Assembly: GCA_963703315.1 (NCBI GenBank)
Contig: OY969811.1
Location: 3,968,001 to 4,032,000, forward strand
From: an uncultured cyanobacterium
GTDB taxonomy: Bacteria > Cyanobacteriota > Cyanobacteriia > Pseudanabaenales > Pseudanabaenaceae
Length of the DNA stretch: 64,000 nucleotides
Direction: 5' to 3'
Of the stretch, positions 9,218-17,898 are shown piece after piece (position 1 is the first letter of the stretch; the number at the start of each line of letters is the position of its first letter). The notes beneath the pieces are model-generated. The model ran no database searches, had not been told where the DNA came from, and saw only the letters and a program-made list of their open reading frames with translations. The translations under genes and the position numbers were made by a program.

Positions 9218-11941
9218 TTATTTGGTAGCTGCGGTCTTTTTTGTCGTTTTTTTTGTGGTTTTCGCAGCAGTTTTTGTGGTTGCGGCTTTCGTAGTCGTTG
9301 ATTTCGTGGTGGTCTTTTTAGCAGTAGTCTTCTTAGTCTCACTAGTAGCCGCTTTAGTCCGCTTACCAGTAGTTTTGCTAGATTTAGACTTAGTAGCTAA
9401 CATGGCGATCGCCTCTTCTAGAGTCAAACCTTCCACTGTTTGCTCCTTGGTTAGCGATACATTCACCTTGCCATGCTTCACATACGCGCCATACTTACCA
9501 TCGAGAATCTCGATCGCTTCATCATCATCGGGATGCTTACCGAGGGCTTTCAGGACTTTAGCGGCGGCGGCTCCACGCAAGGTTTTAGGCTGTGCCAGAA
9601 GCTCTAAACCACGTTCAAAGGTGATGGTGTAAGGATCATCAGTGGATTTGAGCGATCGGTTGTCATCCTTATCGCCATTGCCTTTGACATGACAAACGTA
9701 AGGACCAAAACGCCCTGTATTCACAAATACTCGATTGCCTGTTTCAGGATGTGCGCCTAGAGTGCGTGGTAAAGCCAATAACTTCACCGCCAGATCGAGG
9801 GTGACTTGTTCGGGTTGCATTCCCTTGGGCAGAGAAGCCCGTTTGGGTTTGGGAACTGCTTCTGTTGCCTGACCTAGCTGCACATAAGGACCATACTGAC
9901 CCATCATCATGAAAATTGGCTCATTCAGTTCAGGATGAATACCGACTTGATCGGGACCTTCAAGTTTTTGTTTGAGGAGAAGTTCGATTTTTTCAGGAAC
10001 TAAATCAGAAGGAGTCAAGTTTTGAGGAATGGAAGAATTAACTGTGCGATCGCCTTCTCCCACTTGGATATAAGCGCCAAATTTCCCGATTTTGACCTTC
10101 ACATCATCATCTAAACCTTCAAGACGCACGGTTCTTGCGGATTCTCCATCGATGAGACTATCGCGAGACTTCACCTGTCCGCTTAAGCCCTGTTCACCCG
10201 AATAGAATTTCTTGAGATAGGGCAACCATTCCACACTACCTGTGGAAATATCATCAAGGGTCTGCTCCATTTTAGAAGTGAAGCTAGGATCGACGAGATT
10301 CGGAAAATGTTCTTCTAATAAGCTAGTTACTGCGAAAGCCGTAAAGGTGGGGATCAGTGCATTATTGGTAAGCTGCACATAGCCGCGATCGCAGATTGTG
10401 CCGATAATGCTGGCGTAGGTACTAGGACGACCGATGCCTTCGCTTTCCAGCATTTTTACAAGAGCAGCTTCGGTATATCTGGCAGGGGGTTGAGTTTCAT
10501 GACCGACCGTATTTAATTCACGGCAGACGGGATGATCGCCAATTTTTAATGGCGGTAAAGTGATTTCCTTTTCTTCCAATGCCGCATCAGGATCATCGGA
10601 GCCTTCAACGTAGGCGCGGAAAAATCCTGCGAAATCAATCCGTTTACCTGAAGCACGGAATAAAGCATCCTCAACGGTTAACTGGACGCTGAGCATGGTT
10701 AACTGCGCGTCCGCCATCTGTGAAGCAACAGTGCGCTTCCAGATCAGGTCATAGAGCGCTAACTCACGACCTGATAAACCCGTTTCCTGTGGAGTGCGGA
10801 AAGTCTCACCCGCAGGACGAATCGCTTCGTGGGCTTCCTGTGCGCCTTTAGATTTGGTGACGTACTGGCGAGGTTCTTTGCTGAGGAAGTTGCCGCCATA
10901 CATCGTGGTTACACATTTCCGTGCCGCCTCGATCGCCTGTTGGGACAGATGCACCGAGTCCGTCCGCATATAGGTGATGTAGCCCTGCTCGTACAATGCC
11001 TGAGCTACGCGCATCGAGTCCCGTGCCGATAGGCGCAATTTGCGGTTTGCCTCCTGTTGCAAGGTCGAGGTGGTGAAAGGTGGTGAAGGCTTGCGGGTGG
11101 TGGGGCGTTCATCAAGGTTGCTGACTGACCAGACTTTGCCATTTAAGCGCTCTTTGAGGGCGATCGCTCCTGCTTCATCGAGCAGTAAAACCTTACGACC
11201 CTTGGCAATTTTACCCGTTGCCTCATCAAAGTCTTTGCCAGTGGCTACGTTTGTACCGCTAACCGAAACTAGCTGCACAGGAAATTCTTGTTTCGGTGCA
11301 AACAGATTTGCCTTCAAGTCCCAATAGCTACCTGATTTGAAAGCACGACGTTCGCGTTCACGGTTGACGATTAACCGAACCGCAACGGACTGGACTCGTC
11401 CTGCTGATAGTCCCCATGCAATTTTTTTCCACAGCAAAGGTGAGAGGGTATAACCGACAAGGCGATCAAGTATGCGGCGAGTTTCTTGGGCATGGACTAG
11501 GCGATCGTCGATTTGGCGGCAATTTTTGAGAGCGCCCTTAATTGCTTCAGAGGTGATCTCATGGAACACCATGCGCTTGATCGGTACTTTTGGCTGCAAG
11601 ATTTGCAATAAGTGCCAAGAAATACTTTCGCCTTCACGGTCTTCGTCAGTTGCCAGAATTACTTCTTTCACACCCTTTAGTGCCGCTTTGAGTTCACGGA
11701 CGATTTTTTTCTTATCGTCTGGGATTATATATAGAGGCTCAAAGTCCGCATCAACATTTACACCCAGCTTTGCCCATTCAGTCCCTTTTAACTCCGCAGG
11801 GATGTCACTGGCTGATTGTGGCAAATCGCGTACATGACCCATTGATGCCTCAACTCGATACTCTGAGGGCAAAAAGTTCCGAATGGTGCGGGCTTTGGTG
11901 GGCGATTCGACAATGACAAGGGTAGACATATTAGCCTGCAA
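9218..11941 (-). CDS. topA: DNA topoisomerase I
   Basis: LVIVESPTKA TOPRIM, ATDEDREGE, SAGRVQS, ITYMRTDS; Lys/Thr-rich tail; likely start at MST (11929). Confidence 0.97.
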   Translation of the reverse strand: MQANMSTLVIVESPTKARTIRNFLPSEYRVEASMGHVRDLPQSASDIPAELKGTEWAKLGVNVDADFEPLYIIPDDKKKIVRELKAALKGVKEVILATDEDREGESISWHLLQILQPKVPIKRMVFHEITSEAIKGALKNCRQIDDRLVHAQETRRILDRLVGYTLSPLLWKKIAWGLSAGRVQSVAVRLIVNRERERRAFKSGSYWDLKANLFAPKQEFPVQLVSVSGTNVATGKDFDEATGKIAKGRKVLLLDEAGAIALKERLNGKVWSVSNLDERPTTRKPSPPFTTSTLQQEANRKLRLSARDSMRVAQALYEQGYITYMRTDSVHLSQQAIEAARKCVTTMYGGNFLSKEPRQYVTKSKGAQEAHEAIRPAGETFRTPQETGLSGRELALYDLIWKRTVASQMADAQLTMLSVQLTVEDALFRASGKRIDFAGFFRAYVEGSDDPDAALEEKEITLPPLKIGDHPVCRELNTVGHETQPPARYTEAALVKMLESEGIGRPSTYASIIGTICDRGYVQLTNNALIPTFTAFAVTSLLEEHFPNLVDPSFTSKMEQTLDDISTGSVEWLPYLKKFYSGEQGLSGQVKSRDSLIDGESARTVRLEGLDDDVKVKIGKFGAYIQVGEGDRTVNSSIPQNLTPSDLVPEKIELLLKQKLEGPDQVGIHPELNEPIFMMMGQYGPYVQLGQATEAVPKPKRASLPKGMQPEQVTLDLAVKLLALPRTLGAHPETGNRVFVNTGRFGPYVCHVKGNGDKDDNRSLKSTDDPYTITFERGLELLAQPKTLRGAAAAKVLKALGKHPDDDEAIEILDGKYGAYVKHGKVNVSLTKEQTVEGLTLEEAIAMLATKSKSSKTTGKRTKAATSETKKTTAKKTTTKSTTTKAATTKTAAKTTKKTTKKTAATK

Positions 11942-12308
11942 GGTTGGCGGTAATCAAAAAAAACAATTAAGAAAGCAAATTTAAGGTTTATAAAATGCCT
12001 TCTTAACCTATATACAATGTTTATGTAGAAATTTACTATTTTTTAGTATGACAATAACCATACTAACAAGTTGCTTAAAACTACTAGTTGCCAATTCAGT
12101 CTTTTAGTGCATTGGACTTAATTGCTCAATTAATGCATGGAAAGAAGCATCATGCAAGTAACATCATAAAGTTTTTATATATTCATCGCTATTATAGAGC
12201 TGTCGCCAGTCCTGTTAGGATACTAGCAAAACGAGTGGTAGTGACAAGTGCTGTCCCTCAATGCCTTAAAGAATGGAAGCTTGTGCTGCTTTAACTATGC
12301 TGAGCTAC

Positions 12309-12743
12309 TCACCTACCGCGATATCTAGATGAAGTCGCCAGATCTTCTAGAGATTGATTGCCAGGGTAAAACTTTCCATTAATCTCCCATGTGGGATAGG
12401 CGCGAACTCTTTTGGAACGACAAAGTTGGGTTTGGGGATTCACACCACCCCGATCGCATTCAATTACTTCTAAATGTTTCACTGCCTCTTTACCAAAGCG
12501 TTGTTTTTGATTGTGGCAATGGGGACACCAGTAGGCGGTATATAGCTTTGCACCGATTTTTTGTAAATGCTTGGCTAAGGCGATCGCTTCAGGGCTAGAT
12601 GTGGTTGTAACATTAGGCGCAGCTTCTTGGGCGATCGCTATTTCCGTAAGTGGAGGGGCAAAAGTCAAAGCCGAAATACCTGTGATGCTGGCGATCGTCA
12701 GCATCACAGAGGCTAATGTAGAAGATGATTGGCGAAACTGCAT
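12309..12743 (-). CDS. Exported thioredoxin/glutaredoxin-like protein (resembles VKOR-associated Trx domain)
   Basis: Signal peptide, YWCPHC, YPTW cis-Pro motif. Confidence 0.8.
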   Translation of the reverse strand: MQFRQSSSTLASVMLTIASITGISALTFAPPLTEIAIAQEAAPNVTTTSSPEAIALAKHLQKIGAKLYTAYWCPHCHNQKQRFGKEAVKHLEVIECDRGGVNPQTQLCRSKRVRAYPTWEINGKFYPGNQSLEDLATSSRYRGR

Positions 12744-12799
12744 AAACTATACCCATTTCCAACGTTTGATATTGTAACCATAGCTTTAAGCAAGTAATC

Positions 12800-13936
12800 A
12801 TGACAAAACTAGAAAATTTACGAATTGCGATCGTTCATGAATGGTTTGTGAACTATGCGGGGTCAGAGCGTGTTACTGAGCAAATCTTAAATTTATTTCC
12901 CCATGCTGATTTATTTGCAGTTGTTGATTTTCTGGAGGATTCTCAACGGGGATATATTCAAAACAAAAAAGTTACGACTACGTTTATTCAAAAACTACCC
13001 TTTGCAAAAACGAAATTTCGGAAATATCTGCCATTGATGCCTTTAGCGATCGAGCAGCTTGATTTATCTGGCTATGATCTCATTATTTCCAGTTCCCATG
13101 CGGTTGCGAAAGGGGTATTAAGTTCACCGCACCAGTTACATATTTCCTACGTGCATTCACCGATTCGTTATGCGTGGGATTTGCAACATCAATACCTGAA
13201 GGAATCGAATCTAGAACGGGGAATTAAAAGCTGGATCGCACGCTGGATTTTGCACCAAATCAGGATCTGGGACACGCGCACGGCTAATGGAGTGGATTTA
13301 TTTATCGCTAATTCCGAATTTATTGCCCGTCGCATTCACAAGGTCTATCGGCGATCAGCAACGGTCATCTATCCACCTGTAGATTTGCAGAACTATTCCC
13401 TCCAAGAACCAAAGAAAGATTTCTATCTCACGGCTTCGCGGCTAGTCCCCTATAAACGGATTGATCTAATTGTGGAAGCTTTTTCGCAAATGGGCGATCG
13501 CCAGTTAATTGTGATTGGTGATGGCGAACAAATGTCAAAAATCCAAGCGAAAGCCAGCAAAAATATTAAATTTTTAGGTCACTGTGAACCAGAGAAATTG
13601 CGAGGATATATGCAAAATGCTAAAGCCTTTGTGTTTGGGGCGGAAGAAGACTTTGGGATTACGCCTGTCGAGGCTCAAGCCTGTGGTACACCAGTGATTG
13701 CCTATGGTCGTGGTGGTGTATGTGAGTCAGTACGCGGCTTAGATAGCGATCGCCCTACGGGTGTATTTTTTGGTGAACAAACCACAACCAGTATTTGTAA
13801 CGCGGTACTTGAGTTTGAACAAAATTGCGATCGCATTTTACCTGCGACTTGTCGCGAAAATGCGATGCGCTTCTCAATTGAGAGATTTCAAACCGAATTT
13901 TTAGAATTTGTGCAACAGGCTTGGCGCGATCGCTAG
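12800..13936 (+). CDS. GT4 glycosyltransferase (WbaZ-like)
   Basis: AIVHEWF..YAGSERV, SRLVPYKR, EEDFGITPVEAQACG. Confidence 0.9.
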   Translation: MTKLENLRIAIVHEWFVNYAGSERVTEQILNLFPHADLFAVVDFLEDSQRGYIQNKKVTTTFIQKLPFAKTKFRKYLPLMPLAIEQLDLSGYDLIISSSHAVAKGVLSSPHQLHISYVHSPIRYAWDLQHQYLKESNLERGIKSWIARWILHQIRIWDTRTANGVDLFIANSEFIARRIHKVYRRSATVIYPPVDLQNYSLQEPKKDFYLTASRLVPYKRIDLIVEAFSQMGDRQLIVIGDGEQMSKIQAKASKNIKFLGHCEPEKLRGYMQNAKAFVFGAEEDFGITPVEAQACGTPVIAYGRGGVCESVRGLDSDRPTGVFFGEQTTTSICNAVLEFEQNCDRILPATCRENAMRFSIERFQTEFLEFVQQAWRDR

Positions 13937-13988
13937 ATTTGGACTTTCTAAAATGCCCAATTTTGAGATAAAGGTCAATACTCAAAGA

Positions 13989-14276
13989 TTAAAACTGACT
14001 CTCAATATCTCTAGATTGATGGAGAATACGCACAATCTCAATAGAATTTTCTGCTTGCATATAGAAAATAGTGTATGGCTTGACTGGAAAGCTACGCAAT
14101 CCTTTTGAAATATCGTTTCTAACCTTACCCATTGATGGAAACTGGGCAATCATAGGGAATTTATCAAATATCCTTGCCAGTATGAGATCAGCAGCTAATG
14201 AATCATGTTGAGCGAGATATACCCATATATCCTCAAGGTCGCCATCTGCTTGCCGAGAAATTTTAAAGCGATTCAT
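13989..14276 (-). CDS. ParE/RelE family toxin
   Basis: ISRQADGDLEDIW, FPSMG..R, IEIVRILHQSRD. Confidence 0.88.
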   Translation of the reverse strand: MNRFKISRQADGDLEDIWVYLAQHDSLAADLILARIFDKFPMIAQFPSMGKVRNDISKGLRSFPVKPYTIFYMQAENSIEIVRILHQSRDIESQF

Positions 14277-14628
14277 TGCTATTCTGCATCAGCCGACTTT
14301 GACCACGAGTTTTGATGTTTGCTAGCAATGTAGGCATCATATCCGCATGGTATTCATTGTATTCACCATTTTTAAGTTGTGAAATGCCGACATTAATATC
14401 TTGTTGAAGTGCTGCAAGTTTAAGTGCGCGGAGTTCTTCCTCTGCTTGCTGAACGCGATCGCATATTGATTGAAAGGCTGCGGCATCTTGGACTACGACT
14501 TCGGCTTTGCCATTGACGGTCAGAACCATTGGTGATTTTGTGGCTTTGATCTGTTCGATCAAGCCTTTAGCGTTGCGTTTGAAGTCGCTAAGGGATTGGA
14601 TATTTTTAAGGTCGATCATAATTATCAA
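14263..14628 (-). CDS. Phd/YefM antitoxin with ParD-like C-terminus
   Basis: IQSLSDFKRN, PMVLTVNGKAEVVV; overlaps toxin start. Confidence 0.85.
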   Translation of the reverse strand: MIIMIDLKNIQSLSDFKRNAKGLIEQIKATKSPMVLTVNGKAEVVVQDAAAFQSICDRVQQAEEELRALKLAALQQDINVGISQLKNGEYNEYHADMMPTLLANIKTRGQSRLMQNSNESL

Positions 14629-14730
14629 ATCACTAAATTTAGATCTAATTTAATGATAATCGATCTTTATTTTAATTTTGTGAATTTTTGATATGCGATC
14701 TAGGGGTGAGGCGATCGCTAAAATACGCAC

Positions 14731-14759
14731 AAAAAAAGGGCGCTTAGCGCCCTTTTTTT
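14731..14759. terminator. Rho-independent terminator after prk
   Basis: AAAAAAAGGGCGC-TTA-GCGCCCTTTTTT. Confidence 0.75.
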
Positions 14760-15663
14760 AGCCCTTGAGTTTATTTGATTCAACTACGAGCGAATCGATC
14801 AATGGTTGGAGAATCAACTCCATCGCAAAGCCCATCTTGCCACCAGGAACAACCAAAGTGGTATGACGAGACATGAAGGAATCATGGATCATGTCTAGCA
14901 AATAACGGAAGTCGATTTTGAACTTCTCTCTGAAGACACGATTGGTGTGAATAATTACAAAGCTTTCATCGAGAGTAGGAATGTCGCGAGTAATGAAAGG
15001 ATTGGAAGTATCAACGGTAGGAACGCGCTGGAAGTTAATGTGCGTATTCGAGAACTGAGGCGCAATGTAATTTACATAGTCAGGCATCCGACGCAAAATT
15101 GTATCGACGATCGCTTCAGCACTGTAGCCACGTTCCGCATTATCACGATGAATCTTTTGAATCCACTCCAAGTTCACAATCGGAACTACGCCCACTAATA
15201 GGTCAACATACTGGGCAAGGTTAATATCTTCAGCAACGACACCACCATGCAAACCTTCGTAAAAAAGCACATCGGTATCTGTTTCGATGCTTTCCCAAGG
15301 GGTGAATTCACCAGGTTGATTATTAGTACCTAAGCGACCATTGTGATGAGCGGCTTCTTCAGGACTGTGCAGATAGTAACGTCTTTGTCCATTGCCAGTT
15401 TCACCATATTCACGAAACAGAGCTTCCAGCTTATCTAGCAAATTGGCATTCAAACCAAAATGGCTGAGACTACGACCTTCAGCCGCAGCTTGTTTCATGG
15501 CTTCGCGCATTTCTAAGCGATTGAATTTGTGGTAGCTATCACCTTCAATAACTGCCGCTTTGATATTTTCTAAACGAAAAATATGTTCAAAAGCTCGTTT
15601 GACGGTACTAGTACCAGCACCTGATGAACCTGTTACCGCAATAACTGGATGTTTTTTAGACAA
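14758..15663 (-). CDS. prk: Phosphoribulokinase, proteobacterial-type
   Basis: MSKKHPVIAVTGSSGAGT, YEGLHG, NFQRVPTVDTSNPF; TTG start with AGGAG RBS. Confidence 0.9.
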   Translation of the reverse strand: MSKKHPVIAVTGSSGAGTSTVKRAFEHIFRLENIKAAVIEGDSYHKFNRLEMREAMKQAAAEGRSLSHFGLNANLLDKLEALFREYGETGNGQRRYYLHSPEEAAHHNGRLGTNNQPGEFTPWESIETDTDVLFYEGLHGGVVAEDINLAQYVDLLVGVVPIVNLEWIQKIHRDNAERGYSAEAIVDTILRRMPDYVNYIAPQFSNTHINFQRVPTVDTSNPFITRDIPTLDESFVIIHTNRVFREKFKIDFRYLLDMIHDSFMSRHTTLVVPGGKMGFAMELILQPLIDSLVVESNKLKG

Positions 15664-15822
15664 ATTTTTTCTCCTTCAGTTTATATGTAGCCCCTCACTC
15701 TTAAATTTATAAGGCGTAGGGCAATTAGCTTGTTTTCAGCTTATTTATAGATTTTGCAGTTTTGAAAGAGTTGCGTCAGCTAGGGCGGCAAATCTGTCAA
15801 ACCATTTAGAATTACTATACCT

Positions 15823-16896
15823 TTGTATATAGCGCCAACGAAAGCAAAATTTGCGGACATGATTTCTGCCCCATCTAAATTACAGCAAAAATTCGCTGAA
15901 CCTTTAACTATTGGCAATGTGATCCTCAAAAGTCGGGTGTTGCAATCGCCATTGTCGGGGGTGACAGATTTGGTGTTTCGGCGTTTGGTACGGCGCTATG
16001 CCCCAGATTCAATGCTCTATACAGAGATGATCAGCGCTACGGATCTGCATTATCTCAAGGCTTTACCCAAGTTAATGGAGATCGATCGCCACGAAACACC
16101 GATCAGTATTCAATTATTTGATTGTCGTCCTGATTTTTTGGCAGAGGCAGCGCAAAAGGCGGTACTAGAGGGAGCCGACACCGTAGACATTAATATGGGT
16201 TGCCCTGTTAATAAGATCACCAAAAAAGGTGGCGGCTCATCGTTATTACGTCAGCCTGAACTGGCGGCGCAAATTGTGAGATCAGTGGTTGAGGCTGTTG
16301 ATATTCCTGTGACTGTGAAAACGCGCATCGGTTGGGATGATGCCGAAATTACGATCTTGGACTTTGCGAAACGCATGGAGGATGCGGGAGCCAAGATGAT
16401 CACTGTTCATGCGCGAACGCGATCGCAGGGCTATACAGGTAACGCTAAGTGGGAATGGATTCGTAAAGTTAAAGAGGTGCTGACGATACCTGTAATCGCC
16501 AATGGTGATATTTTTTCAGTGGAAAATGCGATCGCCTGTTTAGAGCAAACGGGAGCCGACGGGGTGATGTGTTCGCGTGGCACATTGGGCTATCCCTTTT
16601 TGGTGGGGCAGGTTGATCATTTTTTAAAAACTGGTGAATACTTGCCAGAGCCGACCGTAATTGAATGTTTAGAAGTTGCCAAAGAACATTTACAAGGGCT
16701 ATGGGATTACAAAGGGATGCGCGGTATCAGTCAATCACGAAAACACATGACTTGGTACGCGAGGGGTTTTGCAGGAGCGGCGGTGTTGCGCGATCGCCTC
16801 TGTCGGATTGAGTCCTTGCAAGATGGAATGGATTGTCTCGATGGGGCGATCGAGGAGTTGCAGGTTCTTGTTCGTCAATCCAAGCTAATCCACTAA
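15823..16896 (+). CDS. dusB: tRNA-dihydrouridine synthase B
   Basis: INMGCP, VTVKTRIGW, VHART, ANGDI; likely start at ATG 15859. Confidence 0.93.
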   Translation: MYIAPTKAKFADMISAPSKLQQKFAEPLTIGNVILKSRVLQSPLSGVTDLVFRRLVRRYAPDSMLYTEMISATDLHYLKALPKLMEIDRHETPISIQLFDCRPDFLAEAAQKAVLEGADTVDINMGCPVNKITKKGGGSSLLRQPELAAQIVRSVVEAVDIPVTVKTRIGWDDAEITILDFAKRMEDAGAKMITVHARTRSQGYTGNAKWEWIRKVKEVLTIPVIANGDIFSVENAIACLEQTGADGVMCSRGTLGYPFLVGQVDHFLKTGEYLPEPTVIECLEVAKEHLQGLWDYKGMRGISQSRKHMTWYARGFAGAAVLRDRLCRIESLQDGMDCLDGAIEELQVLVRQSKLIH

Positions 16897-16972
16897 TGTT
16901 GTCAGTTGCTTTGCCTTCTACGTTAGTGACGTAACGAATAAGGTTTTCAATTTGGGCGATCGGCATGGCGTT

Positions 16973-17805
16973 AAACTTCACAACGCAGGGACAATTTATC
17001 GGTGAAGGCGAAAAGGGTTTAAATTAAAGACCAGTAGGGGCAAAGCATTCCCACCGCAATCTATCAATTTCTAAACCATTTTAATTCGGGAATGCTTTGC
17101 CCTAAACCTCGCAACGCAGGGACAATTTATCGGTAAAAGCGAAGAGGGTTTAAATTAAAGACCAGTAGGGGCATAGCATTCCCACCGCAATCTATCGATT
17201 TCTAAACCATTTTAATTTGGGAATGCTATGCCCAAAACCTCACAACGCAGGGACAAGCGATCGGTGAAGGCGAAGAGGGTTTAAATTAAAGACCAGTAGG
17301 GGCATAGCATTCCCGCCACAATCTATCAATTTCTAAACCATTTTAATTCGGGAATGCTATGCCCAAAATCTCACAACGCAGGGACAATTTATCGGTGAAA
17401 GCGAAGAGGGTTTAAATTAAAGACCAGTAGGGGCAAAGCATTCCCGCCACAATCTATCAATTTCTAAACCATTTTAATTCGGGAATGCTCTGCCCAAAAC
17501 CTCGCAACGCAGGGACAATTTATCGGTAAAAGCGAAAAGGGTTTAAATTAAAGACCAGTAGGGGCAAAGCATTCCCGCCACAATCTATCAATTTCTAAAC
17601 CATTTTAATTCGGGAATGCTCTGCCCAAAATCTCACAACGCAGGGACAATTTATCGGTAAAAGCGAAGAGGGTTTAAATTAAAGACCAGTAGGGGCAAAG
17701 CATTCCCGCCCCAATCTATCAATTTCTAAACCATTTTAATTCGGGAATGCTATGCCCAAAACTTCGCAACGCAGGGACAATTTATCGATAAAAGCGAAGA
17801 GGGTT
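16973..17805. repeat. Tandem array of 131-bp units (6 full + 1 partial), each with a GTAG-led hairpin
   Basis: CAACGCAGGG starts at 16981, 17112, 17243, 17374, 17505, 17636, 17767; arms GGGCAWAGCATTCCC / GGGAATGCTNTGCCC. Confidence 0.97.
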
Positions 17806-17869
17806 CAGCATTTGCGTTTTGAGATTGTATTGGAGAATAAAAATATTGGCGCAAATGCTAAACCCCTAC
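17801..17869 (-). repeat. Oppositely oriented REP-like hairpin capping the array
   Basis: GGGTTCAGCATTTGCG ... CGCAAATGCTAAACCC-CTAC (GTAG on minus strand). Confidence 0.7.
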
Positions 17870-17898
17870 AGTTTTTACATTTTCTATCTTGTTGATTT

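Noticed and set aside
9072..9632. 186-aa hydrophobic plus-strand ORF
   Set aside because: Antisense shadow of the Lys/Thr-rich topA tail
12088..12294. 68-aa ORF
   Set aside because: TTG start, AT-rich intergenic DNA with repeat fragments, no recognisable motif
16973..17805. CRISPR array or type III TA antitoxin array
   Set aside because: Whole 131-bp units are near-identical with no unique spacers; no cas or ToxN/CptN/TenpN-like gene is adjacent
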